A stretch of 63,648 nt of DNA, counting the filler, from Octopus bimaculoides (lineage: Eukaryota): the NCBI RefSeq assembly GCF_001194135.2. It is 7 parts of 6 records of this genome, joined end to end, with 100 filler letters (N's around TTAATTAATTAA, not from the genome) between each part and the next. Parts side by side here need not be neighbours in the genome. Positions count along the whole stretch, not along the records: positions 37,574 to 52,848 come from NC_068991.1; positions 52,949 to 56,321 come from NC_068982.1; 5 more parts are not named here. One strand, written 5' to 3'. The stretch's first letter is position 1; each line of letters starts with the position of its first letter. Shown here piece after piece: positions 42,612 to 53,719 of this stretch. The position numbers and the translations under genes were made by a program. The notes under the pieces were generated by a model. It was not told where the DNA came from. It did no database searches and saw only the letters and a list, made by a program, of their open reading frames with translations.

Positions 42612-42768
42612 CGGGAGTGGCTGTGTGGTAAGTAGCTTGCTTACCAGCCACATGTTCTAGGTTCAGTCCCACTGCGTGGCACCTTGAGCAAGTGTCTTCT
42701 ACTATAGCCTCGGGCCGACCAAAGCTTTGTGAGTGGATTTGGTAGACGGAAACTGAAAGAAGCCCGTC

Positions 42769-42802
<34 letters not shown>

Positions 42803-43180
42803 NNNNNNNNNNNNNNNNNNNNNNNNNNNNNNNNNNNNNNNNNNNNNNNNNNNNNNNNNNNNNNNNNNNNNNNNNNNNNNNNNNNNNNNNNNNNNNNNNN
42901 NNNNNNNNNNNNNNNNNNNNNNNNNNNNNNNNNNNNNNNNNNNNNNNNNNNNNNNTGTGCGTGTATATGTTTGTGTGTCTGTGTTTGTCCCCCCAACTTC
43001 GCTTGACAACCGATGCTGGTGTGTTTACGTCCCCGTAACTTAGCGGTTCGGCAAAAGATACCAATAGAATAAGTACTAGGCTTCTAAAGAATAAGTCCTG
43101 GGGTCGATTTGCTCGACTAAAGGCGGTGCTCCAGCATGGCCGCAGTCAAATGACTGAAACAAGTAAAAGAGTAAAAGAGT
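42612..43180 (+). mobile_element. tRNA-derived SINE family B (GGAGTGGCTGTGTGG head, internal TA/CA microsatellite)
   Basis: A-box TGGCTGTGTGG, B-box GGTTCAGTCCC, body ...GACGGAAACTGAAAGAAGCCCGTCG-(TA)n-gap-GTTTGTCCCCCC...GGTGCTCCAGCATGGCCGCAGTCAAATGACTGAAAC. Partial or decayed copies at ~9790-10070, 16770-16950, 18905-19090, 20703-20830, 30930-31090, 34480-34790, 49830-50090, 50760-50980, 63447-63605. Confidence 0.88.
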
Positions 43181-43980
43181 CATAGATATAAAAAGAGGAC
43201 GGCTGAAACAGTTTTGACCATGTTCAGTATGACTATATAAAAGCAACTATTTTATTCCATAGGGCCTGTACTTAAGTCCACTTTCTCATCTATAATTATG
43301 TGGGGATAGATAAAATCGTTAGAACGTTGAATAAAATATCTTTTGCATTTAGCTGCGGATGTTTAAGTTTGAGGTTCAAATCCGCAATGATATCAAATTT
43401 GCCTTTCAATCTCCTAAATAAAATAAAATACCAGTCAAGTACTGAGTCTCCTACATGTTAACAGGATTATAGTATAACAGAGGATTAAAACAGGATGAGT
43501 AGCGTATCTAACCGCTCAAGAAGAATAACACTAATTTATGACAGACAGCTTTCACAAAAGATCTGGTACCTATACAAATAGCGTTGCTAGATTTTGTGCC
43601 CTGCAGTGGCACCCCCGCGGACCACAAGCATATACAAACTTATACACCAAACCCAAAAGTTTTACCCTCATGAAAACGTTGTCCGATGAAGATCGCCTCC
43701 ACCCCACTAGTAGGTTGTACTATGCTTCTACTATTTGTTTTAGGGGCCTATGTAATCACAAGTATAGATATCCTCTCAACTCTCCTGTATATGAATGGCT
43801 ATGTTTGGAGGTGACGGGAAGTAGATTGTTTGACCTATATTATATCGCAACTTGATATAATATAGGTCAACGAGAGATCTGTCAATACACATGCCGATTG
43901 TGTGATTCGAGAGAAAAGTATTTATTAAAAGTGCCTATATAGATATAAATATATATACCTGCATACATACATATACATAC

Positions 43981-44039
<59 letters not shown>

Positions 44040-44088
44040 TGTGTGTGTGTACATACACAAACATGCACACATACACACACACACACAT

Positions 44089-45355
44089 AAGGGGTATTCA
44101 TTAAAGATTTCCCCCATACCTACATCCGGTTATTGCAGGAAACGGAACTTGTACAGGTATAATCATACATGTCTCCACATGTCACATTGTAAATTGTAGC
44201 TTTCCACTAGTATTCGTTGGACTTTTACAGCTGCTGAAGTGGACTAAGGTGTTTATAATGGAGGCAGCTCAAAGCAGATCAGTCATCAGGTCGTACACTA
44301 AAAGAGACTTTCAGTGAGATGAAAGAAGTTTATGGTAATGATGCACCATCATACGACGTAGTCAATCACGTAGTCAATAGGCATCACCTATTGAACTGTA
44401 GTCAGACATCAGTGTAAATTGCTCCTATTCCTGGACGACCACGTTCCGTCATTGATGACGACACCATTCATAAAGTGAACGCCGGCATTTTGGATGATGG
44501 CCACATAACTATTCGGCAACTAGCCCAAGAAATAAAGATAAGTGTAGGATCTGTGGAAAAAAATCATTCATGAACATTTGCACATGCGGAAGTTCTCTGC
44601 ATGAGGGATTCCCCGGATGTTCACACTTTTTCAGAAGCAGGAAAGAGCCAATTGCACTCACGCTCTTTTGGCAATGTGCCAAGAAAGCGAGGATGACTTT
44701 TTCGGCACTTATCACTGAAGATGAAACATGGGTCAATCACTATGATCCTGGGACTAAAATACAGACGAAGCAATGAAAGTATGATATCTCGCCACCTCCA
44801 AAGAAGGCTCGTGTGCAACCCTCAGCAGGCAAGGTGATACAGTCTTTTGGGACCAGCGCAGAGTAGTAATGGTGGATTTTCTGGCAAAGAACAGCACCAT
44901 TAACCGGGTATATTATGCTTTTCTGCTGCAGAAATTTCGGGAGCCCATCAAAGCAGAGAGGCGTGGTATGCTGACTAAAGGAGCTTGCTTCCTCCAAGAC
45001 ATCGCCCCAGTGCATAATGTGCATGTTGCCCGGATAAAAGCACACTCCTGCGGCTAGGAAATTCTTCTGCATCCCCCTTACTCTCCCGACCACGCACCCT
45101 CTGACTTCTACCTCTTTCCAACTATGAAGTCTTTGTAGAAGGGAAAGCACATTTCGGATGATGAACTTTTTTCCGAGGTAAAGAAGCATTCTACAAACTT
45201 CTACAGACGAGGTCTTCGCAGCTGCATAAAACAATGGGGAAAATGTGTCACCATTGGTTGTGGCTATGTAGAGAAGGACTAATAATTATGCCAAGTTTCG
45301 TGCATCCCAGTCCTTAGAAAATAGGTCAAGGGAAATCTTTAATGAACACCTCCCA
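44089..45355 (+). mobile_element. Full-length decayed mariner (D,D34D) transposon in intron 1 of the protease gene
   Basis: Imperfect ~25-bp TIRs (GGGGTATTCATTAAAGATTTCCC at 44091; GGGAAATCTTTAATGAACACCTCCC at 45330). Transposase relics DETWVNHYDP, LQDIAPVH, HPPYSPDHAPSDFY with 34 residues between D2 and D3; stops and frameshifts present. Confidence 0.92.
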
Positions 45356-45360
45356 TGTGT

Positions 45361-45404
<44 letters not shown>

Positions 45405-45405
<1 letters not shown>

Positions 45406-45766
45406 TGTCACTAATAGTGACTGAGGGTACATGGAAGCACCTACATTGCTAAAAATAAGAGTCAAACAGCCTTATAGCCACAAACATAGCACATGTCTAT
45501 GTGCTGACAGGGGAGTTAACCGCCCCATTGGCGGGCCAATTTCACTTGAGATTAAAGTCCACCAGTGCTACTCTCGCTCGATATGGGGCGGTTAACTCCT
45601 CTGGTGAGATTTAATTTCAAGAGAAATTGGCCCGCCAATATAGAACCCTCGCTTGCTATGGGGCATTTACATAGACTTGTGCTATGTTTGTGGTTATAAG
45701 GGTCTTTGACTCTTATTTCTAGCAATGTAGGTGATTCCATGCACTCTACGTCACTATTAGTGATAA
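45405..45766. mobile_element. Fold-back / long-TIR non-autonomous element
   Basis: 98-bp arms 45405-45502 and 45669-45766 are imperfect reverse complements; interior built of inverted GAGTTAACCGCCCCAT and ATTGGCGGGCCAATTTC modules. Confidence 0.8.
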
Positions 45767-46102
45767 CTGCATATTTCCTTTTTGGTTTTATATTTCGTCA
45801 TATCACCTGTATTATTTTATGACTTTTACATTACATGTTGCTAAATCAGCCATTAATTCTTATGGTAAAATCTGTACACTGGCAAGCAGGATTTGACTTA
45901 ACTATCAGTGATGCTGTAGTACCACTGATGAGCTTTAATTTCATGGAAAATTGGCCCGCCAATATAGTACGCTCGCTCATTATAGGGCGGTTAACTCTAC
46001 TTTTGGGTTTTCTAGTATTTGGCCATAGTGCTTAACCGAGCTATGTGGCAATTATTTCCAAAGCTCCGATAATCACGGGAACAATTGCCGTATTTTTAAA
46101 AC

Positions 46103-46135
46103 TTTCTTCTTCTTCTTCTTCTTCTTCTTCTTCTT

Positions 46136-46233
<98 letters not shown>
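46103..46233. repeat. Compound (CTT)n-(ATT)n microsatellite
   Basis: Direct reading. Confidence 0.95.
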
Positions 46234-46234
<1 letters not shown>

Positions 46235-46420
46235 GGAAGCGGCGAGTTAGCAGAATCGTTAGCACGCCGGGCGAAATGCTTAGCGGTATTTCGTCTGCTG
46301 TTAGGTTTTGAGTTCGAATTCCGGCGAGGTCGACTTTGCCTTTCATCCTTTTGGGGTCGATAAGATTAGTACCAGTTATGTATTGGAGTAGATGTAATCG
46401 ACTTAATCCCTTCTCAAACA
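46235..46420 (+). mobile_element. SINE family A copy flanked by (ATT)n
   Basis: GCGGCGAGTTAGCAGAATCGTTAGCACGCCGGGCGAAATG head; ATT tracts at ~46165-46233 and ~46453-46523. Confidence 0.87.
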
Positions 46421-46452
46421 TTGCTGGGATTTTTCTCTATCTATTTCTTTTG

Positions 46453-46524
<72 letters not shown>

Positions 46525-46995
46525 GAGAGCAATACATGCCATCAAATTTCCACATGAGTACAAATATACGAAGCCAATATATCCATCATGGTAACCCGTC
46601 TAATAAGAGTACACCAGGCACATGCTTCACAACCATATGTGAGCGATATGGTGATCTTATATCAAAACAAACAGTGCATGACCTTGCAGGTGGGACCCAG
46701 TTAGAATTTTCTTTATGTTCCTGAGTAAGGTTTGTTTAAGGAAGATAAACAAAGCACCCATGTTTCCAGAGGTGAATTATTCAACTCGCAAAGAATTCTT
46801 CTCAACACATGGCTTTGATGCTCTCCCACTACTTCTGCTCGTGATCAGAGATGCACATATCGTCAATCACTAAGGAACATATTCAACTGGTTAACGTCAA
46901 ACAACTGACAAGCAGAATATTTGCCGTTGCCCATCTTTTATACTAAGGCAAAACAATGTACATGATACCACTTACAAAACAAGGTACATGATACC

Positions 46996-47035
<40 letters not shown>

Positions 47036-47044
47036 TTTATTTTC

Positions 47045-47240
47045 TACTCTACGAAATTTGGGGGGAGGGGCTAGTCCATTAGATCAACTCCAGTACGCAA
47101 CTGGTACTTAATTTCTCGACCCCGAAAGGATGAAAGGCAAAGTCGACCTCGATGGAATTTGAACTCAGAACGTAAAGACAGACGAAATACCGCTAAACAT
47201 TTCGTCCGGCGTGCTAACGTTTCTGCCAGCTTGCCGCCTT
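47045..47240 (-). mobile_element. SINE family A copy flanked by (ATT)n
   Basis: Ends TTCTGCCAGCTTGCCGCC (reverse head); ATT tracts on both sides. Confidence 0.87.
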
Positions 47241-47241
47241 A

Positions 47242-47242
<1 letters not shown>

Positions 47243-47324
<82 letters not shown>

Positions 47325-47336
47325 TTATTATTATTA

Positions 47337-47374
<38 letters not shown>

Positions 47375-47375
47375 T
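47243..47375. repeat. (ATT)n microsatellite abutting exon 2 acceptor
   Basis: Direct reading; AG at 47385-47386. Confidence 0.95.
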
Positions 47376-47386
47376 TTATATTACAG

Positions 47387-47564
47387 GAGTCTGCGGTGAC
47401 CAAATTCTTGCTCACATCGTTCCTGCTTATCCTTCCTTACCCGGGTCGTGGCCGTGGCAAGTTAGCATCCAATGGTTCAACGATTTTGGTGTCTATGAAC
47501 ATATCTGCGGTGGAACACTCATTACTGACCAATGGATCCTAACAGCAAGTCATTGTGTAACTGA
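47387..47564 (+). CDS. Exon 2: S1A protease activation segment through catalytic His
   Basis: TTACAG|GA GTC TGC gives (G)[58 protein letters not shown](D). Contains [20 protein letters not shown] hallmarks. Phase 1 in matches exon 1; phase 2 out at GA|GTAACT. Not in the ORF track (no ATG, under 60 aa). Confidence 0.93.
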
Positions 47565-48739
47565 GTAACTATGCAACGCCATTCACCTTGACCACTATCA
47601 CCACCAATACCACCACCGTCGTCACCGTAGTCATCATCATCAACATCACCACTACTACCATCACTACCATTGCCAAAATTGCCACTGCACCCTCATTTTC
47701 ATAGTCGTTGCCGTCGTTGTCATCACCGCCGTCACTACCACTACCACTACAACTCCCATCCTTTCATCATCATCCTCACCATAGTCTTCACCAACACCAA
47801 CATCATCATCAACACCATCACCACCATCATGATTACCCACATACCATAGAGTGTGTGGGTAAATAAGTTGATCTCGTTTGTGTTGTCGTTGTTTAGCCCC
47901 AGGCATTGGAGCAGGCATTCGGCCAAAGGCTTTACAGCCGTACCTATCTTCTCTTTCTAAATTTATCTAAGACTACATAATCTAATGTGTCTTCCCTACC
48001 CTTTCCTCTTTAGGAAGGTAGAGTGAGATTTGAAGGGAAAATTGGCTGGTATTTCTAACAGATCAAACGACCACATAGAAGCAGCTTTATTGATTCATGG
48101 ACTCAACAAATAAGTCGATGAGTTAGTATTATTATTGTTGTTTGATCCTTTCACCCTATCGGGGTCGATAAAATAAGTACCAGTTAAGTTGAACCCAGGG
48201 GTCAGTCTGACTTATCTCCTACCCGAAATTGCTGGCCTTGTGCGAAAATTTTAAATCATTACTATCGCTGTTTGATGAAACTAAGCTACTTGTGATCGGA
48301 GGCGTTCCAGCTGGAACCATCTAGTTTTGGGGGATTTTTTTTTTTACATATATTTTATTTTTATAGTGAATCTAGCTTTATATTATTCAATGTATCCTTC
48401 TATATTTGAAATAGTAGATTGTGATTTGATAGAGATTTAGCTGCAATTTCACGCCGGATCAACTCCCCACAGCTTTTCTCTTTTATCATTTAACTCGTTC
48501 AGTCATAGAACTGCAGCCATGATGGAGCACCACATTGGTAACTTTTGCTAAATCACAAAACAACCGGGCCATAAAGAAAGCGGTGTCGTAGTGGGGACAA
48601 ACACGAAAACAAAGACACACACACACATACACACAAGGAGTGCGTTGCGTTACATAGGTATGTCCATAGTTAAATAGAAAAGATTGACGTTTGTTATGTT
48701 TTCGTGAAATTTTTCCTCCCTGTAAAGTGTTCTTTCTAT

Positions 48740-48935
48740 TCAACTCTCTCAATTTTGGGAAAGGGGCTAAGTCGATTATATCGACTCCATTGCTCAACTG
48801 GTGCTTATCTTATGGACCCCGAAAGGATAAAATGCAAAGAGGACCACGGTGGAATTTGAACTCAGGATGTAAAGGCAGACGAAATGCTGCTAAGCATTTT
48901 CTCCGGCGTGCTAACAATTCTGCCAGCACGCCGCT
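48740..48935 (-). mobile_element. SINE family A copy
   Basis: Reverse core and reverse head TTCTGCCAGCACGCCGC. Confidence 0.8.
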
Positions 48936-48959
48936 CTAGTTCCGCACTATATACTCTTT

Positions 48960-49168
48960 TACTCTCTCTCTTTTACTTGTTTCAGTCATTTGACTGTGGC
49001 CATGCTGGAGCACCGCCTTTAATCGAGCAAATCGACCCCAGGACTTATTCTTTGTAAGCCTAGTACTTATTCTATCGGTCTCTTTTACCAAACTGCTAAG
49101 TTACGGGTACATAAACACACCAGCATCGGGTCTCAAGCAATGCTAGGGGGACAAACACAGACACACAA

Positions 49169-49202
<34 letters not shown>

Positions 49203-49395
49203 ACACACACACACATATATATACACATATATACGACGGGCTTCTTTCAGTTTCCGTCTACCAAATCCATTCACCAGGTTTTGGTCGGCCAGAGGCTATA
49301 GTAGAAGACACTTGCCCAAGGTGCAACGCAGTGGGACTGAACCCGGAACCATGTGGTTCGTAAGCAAGCTACTTACCACACAGCCACTCCTACGC
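48960..49395 (-). mobile_element. Full SINE family B copy in intron 2
   Basis: Complete reverse copy including (CA)n spacer. Confidence 0.88.
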
Positions 49396-50089
49396 TATAT
49401 ATTGACAATTGTTAATATCTTTCAATTATCGTTGTTGATATTGTTGCTTTGTTGTAATGTCCCGATTCGGCATGGATTCAATAGATCTATGATCAAAAGT
49501 TTTATGGTCCAATCTGTCCATTTTTAGAAAAGAATAGTTGAATGACTTTGAAGGGAATTTGTTTGGTGTTTCTAGTACATCGAACGACCACATAGATGCT
49601 CCAATGTTCGGTTGACAGATTGTTTAGTCAAATATGTTCTTGTCGATATTTTACTGCCGGTTCTGGAAGAGAGGCACAGCGACCGTGGCCTTCACACGCC
49701 AGCCTAGACAAATCAGATTGATACTATTAATGTTCCTCTTGAACACTATTCTAGAAGGACGGCGCCTTGAGAGGGAAGGACCCGGCGTAGTGATTACAGA
49801 AAAATATTATAAACTGTTGTCAACAATAGGCGCAGAAATGGCTGTATTGTTAAGAAGCTAGTTTTACAACCATGTGGTTCTAGATTGAGACCCACTGCGT
49901 GGCACTTTGGGTTAATGTCTTCTTCTATAGACCAAGGTCAACCAATGCTCTTGAGAGTAAATTTGATAGTCGAAAACTGTAGAAGCCTGCCATATATATA
50001 TATGTGTGTATATGCCTTTGTTTTCCCTTCCTATCATTTGACAACCAGTGTTGGTTTGTATACGTCTCCGCAACTTAGCAGTTCGAGAC

Positions 50090-50330
50090 CCTGAGGCTCT
50101 TCGTCCATCACTTCAAATTTCCTTAAAACTTCTTTTCTTCAGTCCAGAAGAGCCATTTAATTCAGAAAATCCTCACAACTCGTTGGGAGGATGGCTGGTG
50201 TAGCATTGAATTCAACCCCGCATTTTTCCACGTACAGATCTCAAACCACCATTCAATCATAGTTTGATCATGTGTGCAACCGATATTTTATTTAATGAAC
50301 GGCTGTTGTTCAAATACTCGTCTAGAACTT
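50090..50330 (-). mobile_element. Possible Tc1/mariner transposase N-terminal relic
   Basis: Minus frame NGGLRSVRGKMRG*IQC...ELNGSSGLKKRS...DGRR resembles the HTH region ending in the GRPR-like motif; heavily decayed. Confidence 0.33.
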
Positions 50331-50663
50331 TCCATGAACACAGCCTATAAATACAGTCAATAAAACCGCCAATTTTTCAGAATGTCGTGACACCTGAACC
50401 GGTATGATGTTCTCCACTCTCACCAATTTCAGAATGTCTTGGTTCGGATTTGAATTACACCCTCTATATAGCTGTTCTCATAGTTGCACATTCAATCGAG
50501 GATAATCGAAGATATGTCACAGCACCTGAATAGTTATTTCATATCTAAAAACCAACCCAAGTGTTAAATTTCGACCAGACATTTTCTTTGCGTGTTACAT
50601 TACACTGTACATCTTACTGTTTCCCTTAATTTTGTTACAGTCACATTGAATATAATAGCGATA

Positions 50664-50694
<31 letters not shown>

Positions 50695-51771
50695 TGTATG
50701 TATGTATGTATTATGTATATATGTATGTATGCATGCATGTATGTATGCATGTGTGTATATAGTTTTGTGTGTTTTCGTGTTTAGCTTGTTCCCCACCAAA
50801 ATATGATAACCGATGTTAGTCTGTTTACTTTCCCGTAACTTAGCGGTTCTGCATAAGAGGCCGATAGTATAGATACCAGGCTTCAAACAAAGATCAGAAC
50901 CGGGGTCGAATCGTTCGACTAAAACCCTTGAAGGTCGTGCTCTAGCATGGCCGCAATACAATGACTGAAACAAGAAGATTAAAGAAGACTACCACTTATT
51001 ATAATAATGGATTTTTACACCCACACTTTGGTATAATACTTAGCAATTTTCTATTACTGCCACTGTTTACAGTGGATATATTACACTACCTTGTGTTATA
51101 TGTATGGCCGCCACTCGTGAGTGTAACGTGGTAGCTTGTACTTCATTTTCGTTTGTTACTTTAGATGATAAGATAGTCGAGAGCAGATACAGACACTCTC
51201 TATTGTCCCACTCTTGAATCAGTGGAACGTTAAGGATGCAATAGGTGGAGGGAAAGGAGTGCATCACCAATACCAAATTGGTATTTTTGTTTATCGACCC
51301 CGAAAGAATGAAATGAAAGAGTGAACCTCAGTGCGATTTTAACTCAGAGAGCAAAAAGCCGAAACAAATAATCCAACACATTCTTTCAGGCTCTCGGACG
51401 ACTCAGTCATTCCATCGTCTTCCTGTGATATAACTCTCATCAAATAATACCGCTCTAACTGCTTACATATAACAGCATTTATTACATTTAAGCTATTGTT
51501 TATAATGGTAAATTCCTCTATACAAAAATATCTTCTTCAAATGTAGAACTAGATAACTTCAAGGTTATACATTTTAATCCTGAACGCAAGGTAACGAAGA
51601 GTAGAGGTTATGAACCTTTGATTGCTGTTTTGGCTAATTCTCCGATACCCAATACATTCGTTTACCTGTGGCGCTAAAATATAACAACATAAACAACATT
51701 AATCCTCATTGTTCTATGATAAAAATTTTCATTTTCAAATATAAATTGTTGTCTTATTTGTTCTTTTCCAG

Positions 51772-51868
51772 TTATAAAATCGCAGATCTTCGAATTGTCC
51801 TTGGTGCTTACAATTTTTCGAATCCATTGTCATCCGAAATCGAGAGAAGAGTAAAAGAAAGTTTCATC
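51772..51868 (+). CDS. Exon 3: S1A protease domain continued
   Basis: Pyrimidine-rich acceptor TTGTTCTTTTCCAG|T (phase 2, completes GA+T = Asp) gives YKIADLRIVLGAYNFSNPLSSEIERRVKESFI; LRIVLGAYN matches the trypsin 'xxVxLGxxD/N' strand. Donor ATC|GTATGT (phase 0) just before the expected HPxY segment. Confidence 0.85.
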
Positions 51869-51914
51869 GTATGTACAAAACTACTTTTCTAGCAGCCAAA
51901 ATTTCTTCCCCGCA

Positions 51915-52085
51915 AAGACGGTGATCTGGCAGAATCGTTAGCACGCCGAGCAAAATGCTAAACGGTATTTCATTCGCCCTTGCGTTCTGAGTTCGAATTC
52001 CGCTATGGTCGACCTTTTGATTTTCATCCTTTCGGGATCGATAAAATAAATATCATTTAAACATTGGGGTTGATGTAATCGACTT
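51915..52085 (+). mobile_element. SINE family A copy just downstream of exon 3
   Basis: GACGGTGATCTGGCAGAATCGTTAGCACGCCG head, GAGTTCGAATTCC B-box. Confidence 0.8.
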
Positions 52086-52583
52086 ACAAAAGATTCATGG
52101 ACTTACAAAAGATTAAAAAAGTAACTAAACACATATATATACACACATACATACATACATACATCCATGCATACATACATTCATATACATATATATATAT
52201 ATCGTATGTATGTTTGTGTATATACATCTATATCTATACTATATATAAAACAGAGATGTGTGTGTAATCGCTTTTCACGTGAAATTGACTTCACCAAATG
52301 CTTCCATACTTGTAATGCATGAATAATTTGACCTCAGATAAATCTTAGGCTCTTCATTTGATTTTTTAAATTAAAAATAAATAATATTGCTTTATATTTA
52401 AGATTCACTTTTTTAAAAAGGTTCCTCAATGTCAACTTCCGGTATTGACGTAACAACTGCAAAAAGCTTCACTTTCTATTTTGTGTGTGAGTGTGTGTAT
52501 GAGGGAGAGAGAGAGAGAGTAAATACTACATACACACCGCTCTCTCACTCTGTCTCACACACATACACACGCACACACACACA

Positions 52584-52713
52584 CCTTGACTCACTCACAC
52601 TCTGTCTCTTACAAACACACATACATAAATGTATACAAACATATTTACAAAGACACACGTGTGTATGCGCGCGCGTGCGTGTTTGTAAGAGACAGAGTGT
52701 GAGTGAGTCAAGG
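52584..52713. repeat. Perfect 35-bp inverted repeat with 60-nt spacer
   Basis: CCTTGACTCACTCACACTCTGTCTCTTACAAACAC (52584-52618) is the exact reverse complement of 52679-52713; the left arm plus spacer recurs directly at ~52793-52848. Confidence 0.9.
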
Positions 52714-52948
52714 GCTGTGTTGTCATATTCATACATCCAAAGATGTATGTATATTTATGCATGTACGTATACATGACAACAAACCTCTCTCTCACTCACA
52801 CTCTGTCTCTTACAAACACACACATACATAAATGTATACAAACATATTNNNNNNNNNNNNNNNNNNNNNNNNNNNNNNNNNNNNNNNNNNNNTTAATTAA
52901 TTAANNNNNNNNNNNNNNNNNNNNNNNNNNNNNNNNNNNNNNNNNNNN

Positions 52949-52980
<32 letters not shown>

Positions 52981-53254
52981 CGTAAGTGCGCATGTGTGTA
53001 TGTGGGGTGTGTGTGTGTGAGAGAGAGTGTGTGTGTGCGTACAGATGTGCGTTAATTGTTCGTACATACATATGTAAATGTACTTAGTAAAACGTGTATA
53101 CGTGTGCAAATGTAAATACACACATACATATCCGTAAATGCATACAGACACGCCTGCAGATAGTTACACGGAAACCCATATTTTATACAAACATATGTTT
53201 GTGTATGTGCATATATAAGATTTATGAATATACATGTATACGTATATCGATATA

Positions 53255-53298
<44 letters not shown>

Positions 53299-53670
53299 NN
53301 NNNNNNNNNNNNNNNNNNNNNNNNNNNNNNNNNNNNNNNNNNNNNNNNNNNNNNNNNNNNNNNNNNNNNNNNNNNNNNNNNNNNNNNNNNNNNNNNNNNN
53401 NNNNNNNNNNNNNNNNNNNNNNNNNNNNNNNNNNNNNNNNNNNNNNNNNNNNNNNNNNNNNNNNNNNNNNNNNNNNNNNNNNNNNNNNNNNNNNNNNNNN
53501 NNNNNNNNNNNNNNNNNNNNNNNNNNNNNNNNNNNNNNNNNNNNNNNNNNNNNNNNNNNNNNNNNNNNNNNNNNNNNNNNNNNNNNNNNNNNNNNNNNNN
53601 NNNNNNNNNNNNNNNNNNNNNNNNNNNNNNNNNNNNNNNNNNNNNNNNNNNNNNNNNNNNNNNNATAAAT

Positions 53671-53719
<49 letters not shown>

